Below, in pieces: positions 9,662-21,446 of a DNA stretch of 64,000 bases (within the stretch, counting starts at the first letter, position 1; every line of letters begins with the position of its first letter). A program made the translations under genes and the position numbers. Below the pieces are notes generated by a model. That model was not told the origin of the DNA, searched no databases, and saw only the letters and a list, made by a program, of their open reading frames with translations. Origin of the DNA: an uncultured delta proteobacterium (lineage in GTDB: Bacteria; Desulfobacterota; Binatia; Binatales; Binataceae); contig CAVQAG010000017.1 in assembly GCA_963710455.1 (NCBI GenBank), positions 323,225 through 387,224 on the forward strand. Direction: 5' to 3'.

Positions 9662-10202
9662 GCCGGACACCGTCATCCGCGGGACGACGATCTTGTGCGT
9701 GCGCAACGCCGGCCACGTGGTGGTCGCGGGTGACGGGCAGGTGAGCGTCGGGCAGACGATCATGAAGCATGGGGCGCGCAAGGTGCGCCGCTTGCACGAG
9801 GACAAGGTGCTGTCGGGCTTTGCCGGCTCGACCGCGGACGCGCTGACGTTGTTCGAGAAATTCGAGGGCAAGTTGCAGGAGTTCAACGGCAACCTGCGCC
9901 GGGCGGCGGTCGAGATGGCCAAGGACTGGCGTACCGACCGCGTGTTGCGCCGCCTGGAGGCGATGCTGATCGTGGCCGACCGCGAAAGCTCGCTCCTCAT
10001 CTCGGGGCTGGGCGACGTGATCGAGCCGGACGACGGGATCCTGGCGATCGGGTCGGGCGGCAATTACGCGCTGGCGGCGGCGCGCGCGCTGGTGCGTCAT
10101 GCGCCGGCGATGAGCGCGCGCGAGATCGCGGAGGGCGCGATGCGGGTCGCGGCGGAGATCTGCGTCTACACCAACGATCGGTTTATAATTGAGGAATTGT
10201 AG
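9642..10202 (+). CDS. hslV: ATP-dependent protease subunit HslV
   Basis: [21 protein letters not shown]...[14 protein letters not shown] is the canonical HslV sequence. The only in-frame start is a GTG 14 codons upstream of the catalytic Thr. It overlaps the xerC end. Confidence 0.88.
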   Translation: MPIRAPEPDTVIRGTTILCVRNAGHVVVAGDGQVSVGQTIMKHGARKVRRLHEDKVLSGFAGSTADALTLFEKFEGKLQEFNGNLRRAAVEMAKDWRTDRVLRRLEAMLIVADRESSLLISGLGDVIEPDDGILAIGSGGNYALAAARALVRHAPAMSAREIAEGAMRVAAEICVYTNDRFIIEEL

Positions 10203-10210
10203 GGCCCGCG

Positions 10211-11626
<1,416 letters not shown>

Positions 11627-11649
11627 CGTCCCGGCCCAGCCCTGGTTAG

Positions 11650-12532
<883 letters not shown>

Positions 12533-12677
12533 GGCGAGCATTCCGCGGCGTCCTGTGGCATACAGCTTAGACCGGGACCCGGCGATCCCTTGTGCGTACG
12601 CACCTGGAAGCGCGTGCGGCTGGACACGGCGCGGCCGGGGGTTGCCGGAAAGCCATAAGATTCGGGGAAGAATAACG

Positions 12678-13892
12678 ATGAACAACGCTGAAATCGTCGA
12701 CCTCGCCCATCAAAATCTCATCAATACCTACGGCTGCGTGCCGCTCGCCTTCGTGCGCGGCACCGGCGCCTACCTTTATGATGCCGACGGCAACCGTTAC
12801 CTGGATTTTTTCTGCGGCCTCGCCGTGACCTCGCTCGGGCACGGCCATCCCCGCGTCGTACGCGCGATCAAGGAGCAGGCCGAGAAGCTGACGCACGTCT
12901 CAAATGTTTTTCACACCGAGCCGATGGCGCGGCTGGCGGCGCGGCTGTGCGGCCATTTCGGCGACGGGCGGGTCTTCTTTTGCAACTCGGGCGCCGAGGC
13001 CAACGAGGCCGCGCTCAAGCTGGCGCGGCGCTGGGGTCACGACCGTGGCGCCGGCCGCTTCGAGGTCGTCTCGACGCTCGGCTCCTTCCATGGCCGCACC
13101 TTTGGCACCCTGAGCGCGACCGGGCAGGAAAAATATCACATCGGTTTCCAGCCGCTGGTGCCGGGCTTTCGCATGGTTCCTTACGATGACGTCGAAGCGC
13201 TGGACAAGGCGGTCCACGACGAGACGATCGCGATCATGCTGGAGCCGGTCCAGGGCGAGGGCGGCGTGGTCACCCCGCGGCTCGACTATCTCAAACGCGT
13301 GCGCGATCTCTGCGATCGGCGCAAAATCCTGCTCATCCTCGACGAAGTTCAGACCGGGATCGGGCGCACGGGCAAGCTCTTCGCCTGGCAGCACGTGGGG
13401 GTCAAGCCGGACATCATGACGCTCGCCAAGGCGCTCGGCGGCGGCTTGCCGATCGGCTCCATGATCGCCAAAAGCGAAATTGCGCAGAGCCTTACGCCGG
13501 GCAGCCACGGCTCGACCTTCGGCGGCAACCCGGTTTCGTGCGCCGCGGCGCTGGGCGTGCTCGACGCACTCGAGCACGACGGCGCGATGGAGAACGCGGC
13601 CAGCGTCGGCGGCTACCTGCTCGAGCGCCTGCGTACATTCGCCAAGGGCTGCGCACGGGTTTCCGAAGTGCGCGGGCTGGGCATGATGATCGGTATCGTG
13701 TTGCACGGCGAGGCCAAGAGCGCCGCCGACGCCTGCCTGCGCGAGCGGCTGCTGGTCAACGCCACGGCCGAGAACGTGCTGCGGCTTTTGCCGCCGCTTA
13801 CGCTGACCCGCGACGAGGCCGACGCCGGGCTCAAGATAATCGAGCGCGCGCTTTCGGCCGCGCCGGCGGCGGCTTCAGCCGCGGCAAGATGA
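12678..13892 (+). CDS. argD: acetylornithine aminotransferase (class III PLP aminotransferase)
   Basis: MNNAEIVDLAHQNLINTYG..., the PLP-lysine region LDEVQTGIGRTGKLFAWQH...MTLAKALGGGLPIG, and placement within the arg cluster. GGGGAAG lies upstream of the ATG at 12678. Confidence 0.9.
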   Translation: MNNAEIVDLAHQNLINTYGCVPLAFVRGTGAYLYDADGNRYLDFFCGLAVTSLGHGHPRVVRAIKEQAEKLTHVSNVFHTEPMARLAARLCGHFGDGRVFFCNSGAEANEAALKLARRWGHDRGAGRFEVVSTLGSFHGRTFGTLSATGQEKYHIGFQPLVPGFRMVPYDDVEALDKAVHDETIAIMLEPVQGEGGVVTPRLDYLKRVRDLCDRRKILLILDEVQTGIGRTGKLFAWQHVGVKPDIMTLAKALGGGLPIGSMIAKSEIAQSLTPGSHGSTFGGNPVSCAAALGVLDALEHDGAMENAASVGGYLLERLRTFAKGCARVSEVRGLGMMIGIVLHGEAKSAADACLRERLLVNATAENVLRLLPPLTLTRDEADAGLKIIERALSAAPAAASAAAR

Positions 13893-14905
13893 CCAAAGAA
13901 GGGCCACAGCGCCGGCTCGCGAATCGAGCGAGCGCGGCTCACAAACGGCGCCTGGCGCGCGCCAAGCGCGACTTTCTGGATCTGGGCTCCCTCAGCTCCG
14001 ATGAGCTGGAGCGTCTGCTCGCGCTGGCGGCGCGCCTGAAGGCCGAGCTGCGCGCCGGACTGGAGCATCCGTATTTGCGCGGCCGCACGCTCGCGATGAT
14101 CTTTCAGAAACCTTCGCTGCGCACGCGGTTGACCTTCGAGACCGGGATGGCGCAGCTTGGCGGACACGCGATCTACCTCGCCCCGCAGGATATAGGGATC
14201 GGCGAACGCGAATCGGTCAAGGACGTGGCGCGCAATCTCTCGCGCTGGGTCGATCTCATCATGATTCGCACTTTCGCCCACGAGATCTGCGTCGAATTGG
14301 CTCTGGAAGCCAGCGTGCCGGTTATCAACGGGCTGACCGACCTGCTGCATCCCTGCCAACTGCTGGCCGACCTGCTGACCCTGCGCGAGCATTTCGGCGA
14401 TCTGAGCAAGCTCCGCATCGCCTACGTCGGCGACGGCTTCAACCTGGCGCAGAGCTGGATCGAGGCCGCCGCCCTGGCGCGTTTTGAGTTGCGGCTCGGC
14501 TACCCGCAGGGGTATGAACCACAGCGCGAGTTCGTCGAGCTGATGCGCCGCGACAAACTCGGCATCGTCACGCACGATCCGGTCGAGGCGGTGCGCGGTG
14601 CCGACGTGATATACACCGACACCTGGACTTCGATGGGCCACGAGAACGAGGCAGCCGAGCGCCGGCGCGACTTCAAAGCCTTCCAGGTCAACCGCGAGCT
14701 GCTCGGCCACGCGCGCCAGGGGGCGGCCGTGATGCACTGTCTGCCGGCGCATCGCGGTGAGGAAATTACCGACGAGGTGCTCGATGGTCCGCGCTCGCTG
14801 GTGCTCGATCAGGCAGAAAACCGACTGCACGCGCAAAAGGCCGTGATGGTCTGGCTGCTGCGCCCGGCGATAATCGGCGCTACCGATGTGTCCGGCACTA
14901 CTTAA
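13888..14905 (+). CDS. argF: ornithine carbamoyltransferase
   Basis: RDFLDLGSLSSDELERLL...FQKPSLRTRLTFETG (STRTR carbamoyl-phosphate motif)...HCLPAHRGEE. Its start overlaps the argD stop (ATGA). Confidence 0.9.
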
Positions 14906-14936
14906 GGCACGGGCACGAATGCCTTAAGATGTCGGT

Positions 14937-16169
14937 GTGGCGACCACTGAAATAAAAAAACTGGTGCTCGCATACTCGGGCGGACTCGACACCTCGGTCA
15001 TCCTGCGCTGGGTGCGCGATTTTTACGGCTGCGAAGTGGTGGCCTATTGCGCCGACGTCGGCCAGGCGGAGGAAACGGCCGGGCTCGAGCAGAAGGCGCT
15101 CGCGACCGGGGCGAGCAAGCTCTATCTCGAAGATCTGCGCGAAGAGTTCGCGGGCGACTTCGTTTTTCCGATGATGCGCGCGAACGCGGTCTACGAGAGC
15201 TACTACCTGCTGGGCACGTCGATCGCACGGCCCGTGATCGCCAAGCGCCAGGTCGAAATCGCGCTGGCCGAGGGCGCCGACGCGGTCGGTCATGGAGCGA
15301 CCGGTAAAGGCAACGACCAGGTGCGTTTCGAGTTCACTTTCGCCCGCCTTGCGCCACAGTTGAAAGTGGTTGCCCCGTGGCGTCATCCGCAATGGCCGTT
15401 TCGCGGACGCGCCGATATGCTCGCCTACGCCAGCGAGAAAAAAATCCCGGTGCCGGTGACGGCCGAGAAGCCTTACTCGATGGATCGCAACCTGGTCCAC
15501 GTCAGCTACGAGGGCGGGATTCTGGAAGATCCGTGGCGCGAGCCGTACGACGATATGTTCCGGCTGACCGCTTCGCCGCAAAGCGCGCCCGACGAGCCCG
15601 AGTATGTAGAGGTCGAATACGCGGGTGGCGATCCGGTGGCGATAAATGGCAAACGATGTTCTCCCGCCGCGCTGATCGAGCACGCCAACACGATCGCCGG
15701 CAAACACGGCGTCGGACGCGTCGACCTGGTCGAGAATCGTTACGTAGGAATTAAATCGCGTGGCGTATACGAGAGCCCGGGCGCGACGATGCTCCTGCAC
15801 GCGCATCGCGCGGTCGAACAACTCGCGCTCGATCGCGAGACCTTGCATCTGCGCGACGCTCTGGTGCCGCGCTACGCCGAGATGGTGTACAACGGACAGT
15901 GGTTTGCGCCCGAGCGCGAGGCGATGCAGGCCCTGGTCGATCGCGCGCAGCAGAGCGTGACGGGCGTCGCGCGCTTGAAGCTCTTCAAAGGCGGGGTTTC
16001 GATCGCCGGGCGCAAATCGCCCAATTCACTCTACGATTCTTCGCTGGCGAGCTTCGATGAGGCCGGCGGCTACCAGCAGGCCGATGCCGACGGTTTCATC
16101 CGGCTCAACTCGATGCGCCTGCGCGCGCTGGCGCGCCTGGGCGGTCGCAAGTCCGAGGACCACCGTTAG
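14937..16169 (+). CDS. argG: argininosuccinate synthase
   Basis: The [12 protein letters not shown]-loop, [15 protein letters not shown], and full-length collinearity (410 aa). GTG start. Confidence 0.95.
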   Translation: MATTEIKKLVLAYSGGLDTSVILRWVRDFYGCEVVAYCADVGQAEETAGLEQKALATGASKLYLEDLREEFAGDFVFPMMRANAVYESYYLLGTSIARPVIAKRQVEIALAEGADAVGHGATGKGNDQVRFEFTFARLAPQLKVVAPWRHPQWPFRGRADMLAYASEKKIPVPVTAEKPYSMDRNLVHVSYEGGILEDPWREPYDDMFRLTASPQSAPDEPEYVEVEYAGGDPVAINGKRCSPAALIEHANTIAGKHGVGRVDLVENRYVGIKSRGVYESPGATMLLHAHRAVEQLALDRETLHLRDALVPRYAEMVYNGQWFAPEREAMQALVDRAQQSVTGVARLKLFKGGVSIAGRKSPNSLYDSSLASFDEAGGYQQADADGFIRLNSMRLRALARLGGRKSEDHR

Positions 16170-16429
16170 CCTGCGCCATGGGCAAAGTGATTCAATTCAG
16201 GCCCTCGCGTCCGACGCCGCGGCTGGTACCGCGTCCGGGCCAGAAATGTCCGAAGTGCAATCACAAGATGGACGTGCACATCACCCATCCCAACGGCGTG
16301 ACGAGTTGCGCGGCGCGCGGATGCTTCTGCCGCATCCCCGCCCCGCGTTGACCCGGCATACCTTATCCGGGTGAAAGACCTGCCCGTCTGGCTGTCAACG
16401 CGTCCCTCTAATGGTCTGCGGTCCGACCA

Positions 16430-17560
16430 ATGATTTGGCTCGCACTACGGATGTCCCTTCATAATCGGACCCGTCTGGTGGTGACGCTGGTGGGAGTCGT
16501 TTTCTCCTCTTATCTGACCCTGACCGAGGTCGCGCTTTATATCGGGATGATGAAGAATGCCACGGCGGTGATTCGCCATGCCGGGGCCGATCTCTGGATC
16601 ACCTCCAGAGGTATACGAAACTTCGATTTCGCCAAGTTGTTCCCGGAAGATCGCGTCAGGCGAGTGCTGGCGCTGCCGGAGGTGCTCTGGGCGCGGCTGA
16701 TCATGCTCACCTGGGGATTTTTGAAGTTAGCCGACGGAGCCCAGGAGCAGGTAGAAATTGTCGGATATGACCCGCTCAGCCTGGTCGGTGCTCCATGGAA
16801 AATGGCGAAGGGCAGCGCTCGCGACGTCCGGGGCGGGCCTTTTATCATTCTCGACGAAAGCGCCAGGCGGCATGTCGGCCAGCTGCGGATTGGAAGCTCG
16901 TGGGAGTTGAACGACACTCCTGTCCGGCTGGTCGGAATTTCGCGCTCGGCCAAGACGTTCACCACCGCGCCGATCGTTTTTACTTCGTACTCGTTTTCGC
17001 AGGAAGTATCGAGCGATGTAGCGTGGCGCAACAGCACCGCCTTTCTTGCGGTCAAGCTGCGAGATCCGGCTGAGAGCGCCCGAGTTGCTAATCGTCTACG
17101 CGAAGAGTTGAAGGACAACGACGTCCTGTCCACCGATGATTTCGTCAAGCTGACGATATTTTACTGGACGGCGGAAACCGGGATCGGAGCGGCGCTGTGC
17201 CTGACTGCGTTGCTTGGTTTGATTGTCGGAGCCGGCGTCGTCGGCCAAACCGTTTTCGCCAACACCATGGAACACATCGCGGAGCTGGCCACCTTGAAAG
17301 CGATCGGAGCGTCGAACGCGGAACTTGATACTCTTATCTCTGCCCAGGCGCTGCTGGATGCCGGTGTCGGTTATGCCATTGCTACTCTGCTAGCTATTCT
17401 TACCAAGCCGGCGCTCGAGCAAAGTGGAGTATCGCTCGCGCTCGATGCGCCGCTCATCGGCGGCCTGCTCATTCTGGTATTGGGGATCAGCGTATCGGCG
17501 GCGTATCTTTCGATCCGTCGGGTGCGCCGACTCGATCCGGCGATGGTCTTTCGGAGTTAG
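16430..17560 (+). CDS. ABC transporter permease, FtsX/MacB-LolE family (1 TM + periplasmic domain + 3 TM)
   Basis: 376 aa. The topology and the C-terminal FtsX-like region (...LKAIGASNAELDTLISAQALLDAGVGYAIATLLAIL...) match the family. It is followed by a cognate ATPase. Confidence 0.8.
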   Translation: MIWLALRMSLHNRTRLVVTLVGVVFSSYLTLTEVALYIGMMKNATAVIRHAGADLWITSRGIRNFDFAKLFPEDRVRRVLALPEVLWARLIMLTWGFLKLADGAQEQVEIVGYDPLSLVGAPWKMAKGSARDVRGGPFIILDESARRHVGQLRIGSSWELNDTPVRLVGISRSAKTFTTAPIVFTSYSFSQEVSSDVAWRNSTAFLAVKLRDPAESARVANRLREELKDNDVLSTDDFVKLTIFYWTAETGIGAALCLTALLGLIVGAGVVGQTVFANTMEHIAELATLKAIGASNAELDTLISAQALLDAGVGYAIATLLAILTKPALEQSGVSLALDAPLIGGLLILVLGISVSAAYLSIRRVRRLDPAMVFRS

Positions 17561-17562
17561 GA

Positions 17563-18243
17563 ATGAGAGCACGCCTGGAAGCCCTGGACGTTTCGAAGAC
17601 TTACCAACGGGGATCCATCGCGGTCGCGGCGGTTCGATCGGTATCGATGGTGATTGAGCAGGGACAGATTGTGCTGGTCATGGGACCTTCAGGCTCTGGC
17701 AAAACCACGCTACTCTCGATCCTGGGCTGTATTCTTCGGCCGACCTCGGGCTCTATCCGCCTGGATGGAACGGCGATCAGCGAGTTGTCCGAATCCCGGC
17801 TTCCCGCGATTCGCAGATCGTGCTTCGGCTTCGTTTTTCAGACCTTCCATCTCTTTCCCTTCCTCACGGCGCTGGAAAATGTGGAGATCGCGATGCGGTT
17901 GCAGAGAGTTTCCCGCAGCGTCAGCAAGCCGCGTGCGATGGATTTGCTGGTGCGCTGCGGTTTGCAACAACGGGCCGCCTTCTATCCTGAAGACTTGAGC
18001 GGAGGCGAAAAACAACGCGTCGCTTTCGCTCGTTCCCTGGCCGGAAATCCTCAGTTTGTATTGGCTGATGAACCGACCGCCAATCTCGACTCCGCAACCG
18101 GCGAAGAGGTATTCAACATGCTGCGCCAGTGTGCAAAAGAATTGAACAAGGGGGTGGTGATGGTTACCCACGATCCGAAGGCGCGGCAATTCGCCGACCG
18201 GGTGTTTAGCATGACTGACGGCCGGCTGAGCGCCTTGTCTTGA
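17563..18243 (+). CDS. ABC transporter ATP-binding protein (MacB/LolD-like)
   Basis: Walker A GPSGSGKTT, Q-loop, signature LSGGEKQRVAFARSL, and Walker B FVLADEPTANLD. Confidence 0.9.
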   Translation: MRARLEALDVSKTYQRGSIAVAAVRSVSMVIEQGQIVLVMGPSGSGKTTLLSILGCILRPTSGSIRLDGTAISELSESRLPAIRRSCFGFVFQTFHLFPFLTALENVEIAMRLQRVSRSVSKPRAMDLLVRCGLQQRAAFYPEDLSGGEKQRVAFARSLAGNPQFVLADEPTANLDSATGEEVFNMLRQCAKELNKGVVMVTHDPKARQFADRVFSMTDGRLSALS

Positions 18244-18307
18244 GCACGTGAGCCTGTTCTATGAGTTCGGCGCGGATGTCCCGCGCGCGAATTAGCCCGG
18301 TGCGATA

Positions 18308-18347
18308 ACCCGTCCCGAAAACCAGTTTCGACAGGGTGGCGGGACGG
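18308..18347. terminator. inverted repeat between the convergent ABC ATPase and YceI genes (9-bp GC-rich stem CCCGTCCCG/CGGGACGGG, 22-nt loop); possible bidirectional terminator
   Basis: Seen directly in the sequence. The loop is long and there is no clear U-tract, so the call is weak. Confidence 0.25.
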
Positions 18348-18362
18348 GAAGCTGAAGCTCAA

Positions 18363-19037
18363 TCAGGGCGAGGCGTTCGAACCTCGCGCGCCTTCTTCGG
18401 CCGTGCCGGCCGGGACCCAGGTGACCCGGCCTTGCGTTTTGATATCGACGTAGACGGTGTCGGCGCAGCGAAAAATCAGAAGGCTCGGGTTCTTCAAGCC
18501 CCACGCGACATACGGTACGGCAAAATGGCCGGTGGCGGTGAATCGGTCGCCGTTTGGCTGCACCATCATATTAAGCGTGATTTCGTGCGGCTTGCCATGC
18601 AGCGTCAGGATGCCGCGAACGGCCGCCGGGAATTCGCCCTCGGCGGAACGTTGACCTTCCGCCTGTTGGGGTATGAACGTGATTTCCGGGTAGCGATCGA
18701 CCTCCAGGATGCTGTCCTTCATTTCGCTGTCGCGCATGTGGCTACCGCTGTCGCCGCTGGTGGCGGAGACAATCACGCTGCCGTCGGCCTTGCCGCTCAC
18801 AGGATCAATCCGGATGATGGCGCGCGCGAGCCGGAACGTTCCATTAGTAATGTGTGGCCAACCCTGGAGAGAGTAGTGTATGTAAGTAGTCGCCGGATTC
18901 AGGTCCAGCACAGCCTGCCGCGCGGTCGACGAGATAGCGAGACCTTTCGAACAGATACTGATTAGCATCGCTAACGTCAGTCCCAACGTAGCGCAGAATC
19001 GGCGGATAGTCATTGTCGTGACCTGAGGCATAATCAA
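18363..19037 (-). CDS. secreted YceI-like polyisoprenoid/lipid-binding protein
   Basis: A signal-peptide-like N-terminus and the YceI-domain pattern (...ADGSVIVSATSGDSG..MRDSEMKDSILEVDRYPEITFI...GILTLHGKPHEITL...). Its start overlaps the stop of the upstream flavoprotein gene by 4 nt. Confidence 0.72.
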   Translation of the reverse strand: MIMPQVTTMTIRRFCATLGLTLAMLISICSKGLAISSTARQAVLDLNPATTYIHYSLQGWPHITNGTFRLARAIIRIDPVSGKADGSVIVSATSGDSGSHMRDSEMKDSILEVDRYPEITFIPQQAEGQRSAEGEFPAAVRGILTLHGKPHEITLNMMVQPNGDRFTATGHFAVPYVAWGLKNPSLLIFRCADTVYVDIKTQGRVTWVPAGTAEEGARGSNASP

Positions 19038-20197
19038 TATGGATAGGCGCGGGCGGCCGATCCGGTGGCCGCGAGCAACCGCCAGGCAAAACCGACCACG
19101 TCCAAAGAGGCGGCTGACGGTCGCAGCGCGCCGACGTGAACCGCCAGCAGCTGACTGAACGTGCGCGGCCGGCCAGACAGCGCGCGCAGCGCACGGCGCC
19201 GCATACCAGCGCTCCTGCCCAGCCCGAGCATCACGCGCGACATCAGCCGGGGCGTCCGACCGATCCGACGATGGGCCGCCTGGTAGATCGTGAGATCGTC
19301 TTTTGACAAGGCGTCGGCCAGAACCGTCGCCTGCCGGAATGCCAGCGCAAGTCCTTCTCCGGTGATCGCGTCGACCGATCCGGAAGCATCTCCGATCAAA
19401 GCCAGCCGTCCTCGGATAACGCGGCGCAACCGCGTAGAGACCGAGACAGCTCCTCGCGTCGAGCCGGTTGGTGTTGCGCCGGCCAGGCGCTGGCCAAGTT
19501 CAGGAAACAGCGACTGTAAGTCCTCGAAACGCAGGCCGGTCCTGCTGCCGATCAGCGCGACGCATATCTCGTCGCGCCCGACCGGAGTTATGTAGGCTTG
19601 GCAACCGTCGCGCCAGTGGACCTCGACGAAGTCGGTCCATGGTGTGACGCGGAAATGCTGACGGAGCCCGACTCGCCTCACGCTGCTCCAGACCGGATCG
19701 AGCGCAGCCCATCGCCGCATCCGCGAATTTGTGCCATCCGCGCCGATCATCCATCGGCAGCGCACGGTTCGCCCGCCAGCTTTGAGGGTGCTGGCGTCGA
19801 TGGTGCGCACCGACGTAGCCCATCGCAATATGACGCCATCCGCCAGCGCGCGCTCGATGAGTAGCTGATGCAGAACCGGACGGCGAATGCCTAAACCGTG
19901 GCTCTCGGGAAAGCAGGCCTGCGCCGACAATCCACCTTCCACAAAACGGATACCGTGAAACGGAAAGCCGTGATCGATGGTTGTGGCTATTCCCAGTTGG
20001 GCGAGCGCGGCCAGGCCGTCGGGCATCAGGCCCTCGCCGCACGCTTTGTCGATCGGCGGTTGCGCGCTATCGGCGACGATAACCTCGAAACCGCGCCGGC
20101 GCGCAGCGATTGCCGCGGCTAGTCCGGCTGGTCCGCCACCGATCACGAAAACGTCGGTTTCGCCTGGCAGTACGTCCATCGCCTCACCAGCGGACAA
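19034..20197 (-). CDS. FAD-dependent oxidoreductase, geranylgeranyl-reductase family
   Basis: The N-terminal dinucleotide-binding fold VFVIGGGPAGLAAAIAARRRGFEVIVAD, ...CGEGL..., and GADG. It overlaps the PKS gene by 14 nt and YceI by 4 nt. Confidence 0.8.
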   Translation of the reverse strand: MSAGEAMDVLPGETDVFVIGGGPAGLAAAIAARRRGFEVIVADSAQPPIDKACGEGLMPDGLAALAQLGIATTIDHGFPFHGIRFVEGGLSAQACFPESHGLGIRRPVLHQLLIERALADGVILRWATSVRTIDASTLKAGGRTVRCRWMIGADGTNSRMRRWAALDPVWSSVRRVGLRQHFRVTPWTDFVEVHWRDGCQAYITPVGRDEICVALIGSRTGLRFEDLQSLFPELGQRLAGATPTGSTRGAVSVSTRLRRVIRGRLALIGDASGSVDAITGEGLALAFRQATVLADALSKDDLTIYQAAHRRIGRTPRLMSRVMLGLGRSAGMRRRALRALSGRPRTFSQLLAVHVGALRPSAASLDVVGFAWRLLAATGSAARAYPY

Positions 20198-21389
20198 GAA
20201 TCATTTCCGAACAGAACCCCGGTCCCATCGCCAGCAATACGCCGAGCGTGCCAGGCGGCGGCCGATGCCGCATTGTCGCGTTTTCGAGAACCAGCAGGAC
20301 CGACGCCGACGACAAGTTGCCGCAGCACCGCAGCGATTCCCACGAGCGATCGAGTTCCCGATCGCCGAGTTCCAGCGCGTCCTGAATAGCCTCGAGCACC
20401 TTGGGTCCGCCGGTGTGAATTAGCCAGTTGCCGATTTCACTACGACCAAGACCAAAGCTCTGGAGAAACGCGTCGACATCGCCCGCAAGATGCCGCTTGA
20501 TTATGTCGGGCAACCTTGGTGAAAGGACGATCCGAAAACCGTCCTGCGAGATCTTCCAACCCATCACGTCTTCGGAATCCGGGTAGAAGATCGACCGGCT
20601 TCCCACGATGTGCGGTCCCGCCGTCTCGGCGCCTTGCGCCTGGTTGGATGCTCGCTGCGAGCCCGCGACAATCACTGCCGCGGCGCCGTCCCCGAAGAGT
20701 CCCGTCGAGATCAGGTTGGCGGTCGAGGTATCGTCGCGCTGGATTGTCAGGGAACATACCTCGACCGCCAGCAGCGCGGCGGCATGTCCGGGATAAGCCA
20801 ATACATAGTCGGCTGCGCGTGTCAGGCCAAGCGCGCCGCCAACGCAGCCAACGCCAAAAATCGGCGTGCGTTTTATATCGGGCCGGAGCCGCATCAGGTT
20901 TATCAGTCTTGCGTCGAGCGACGGGCTCGCGACGCCGGTGACGGAAACCACGAAAAGCGCGTCGAGGTCCTGGCGCTCAAGACCTGCGCGTTCGAGCGCA
21001 CCATCGATCGCCCGCGAGCTCAGTGTCTGCGCAACCTCGAGCCAGGCAGCATTGGTCTCACCCCAATTTTCAAAACGCGCATATCGCTCGAGCGGGAAGG
21101 CCAGGTGACGGTATTCGACGCCGGCTCGAGTATGCAGACGATCCAAAAGTTCGGGCCGCGCCAGGCTTCCGTTCCAATGGTGCTTCAGCGCGGCGGTAAT
21201 TACTTCCTGGGAATAGCGATATTCCGGAAGTGCGCTGGCCACGCCAGCAATCCTGCTCTGTGATATTTCGCCGAGCGGCGATGCTCGATTTACCTCGCGG
21301 CTCGTCGAGTGCGTAGTGCCCGTAAACAGTGTCATGTTACTGCCATTCCTTGTCGCGCCGGCCCGCGGTCTGCCGCAGCGATCGCTCAC
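20184..21389 (-). CDS. type III polyketide synthase (chalcone/stilbene synthase superfamily; alkylresorcinol/alkylpyrone synthase-like)
   Basis: The catalytic triad contexts are present: Cys in FGVGCVGGALGLTRA, His in WLIHTGGPKVLE, Asn in CGNLSSASVLLVLE. About 380 aa of KAS-III fold. Confidence 0.85.
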   Translation of the reverse strand: MSDRCGRPRAGATRNGSNMTLFTGTTHSTSREVNRASPLGEISQSRIAGVASALPEYRYSQEVITAALKHHWNGSLARPELLDRLHTRAGVEYRHLAFPLERYARFENWGETNAAWLEVAQTLSSRAIDGALERAGLERQDLDALFVVSVTGVASPSLDARLINLMRLRPDIKRTPIFGVGCVGGALGLTRAADYVLAYPGHAAALLAVEVCSLTIQRDDTSTANLISTGLFGDGAAAVIVAGSQRASNQAQGAETAGPHIVGSRSIFYPDSEDVMGWKISQDGFRIVLSPRLPDIIKRHLAGDVDAFLQSFGLGRSEIGNWLIHTGGPKVLEAIQDALELGDRELDRSWESLRCCGNLSSASVLLVLENATMRHRPPPGTLGVLLAMGPGFCSEMILVRW

Positions 21390-21446
21390 CGCCGTGGAGT
21401 AAGCACAATGCGCGTATAGCCAACGTCATGTGAATCGGCGAACGTC

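Noticed and set aside
18336-18965. 209-aa plus-strand ORF
   Set aside because: Antisense to the YceI-like gene, whose domain signature and operon context are much stronger.
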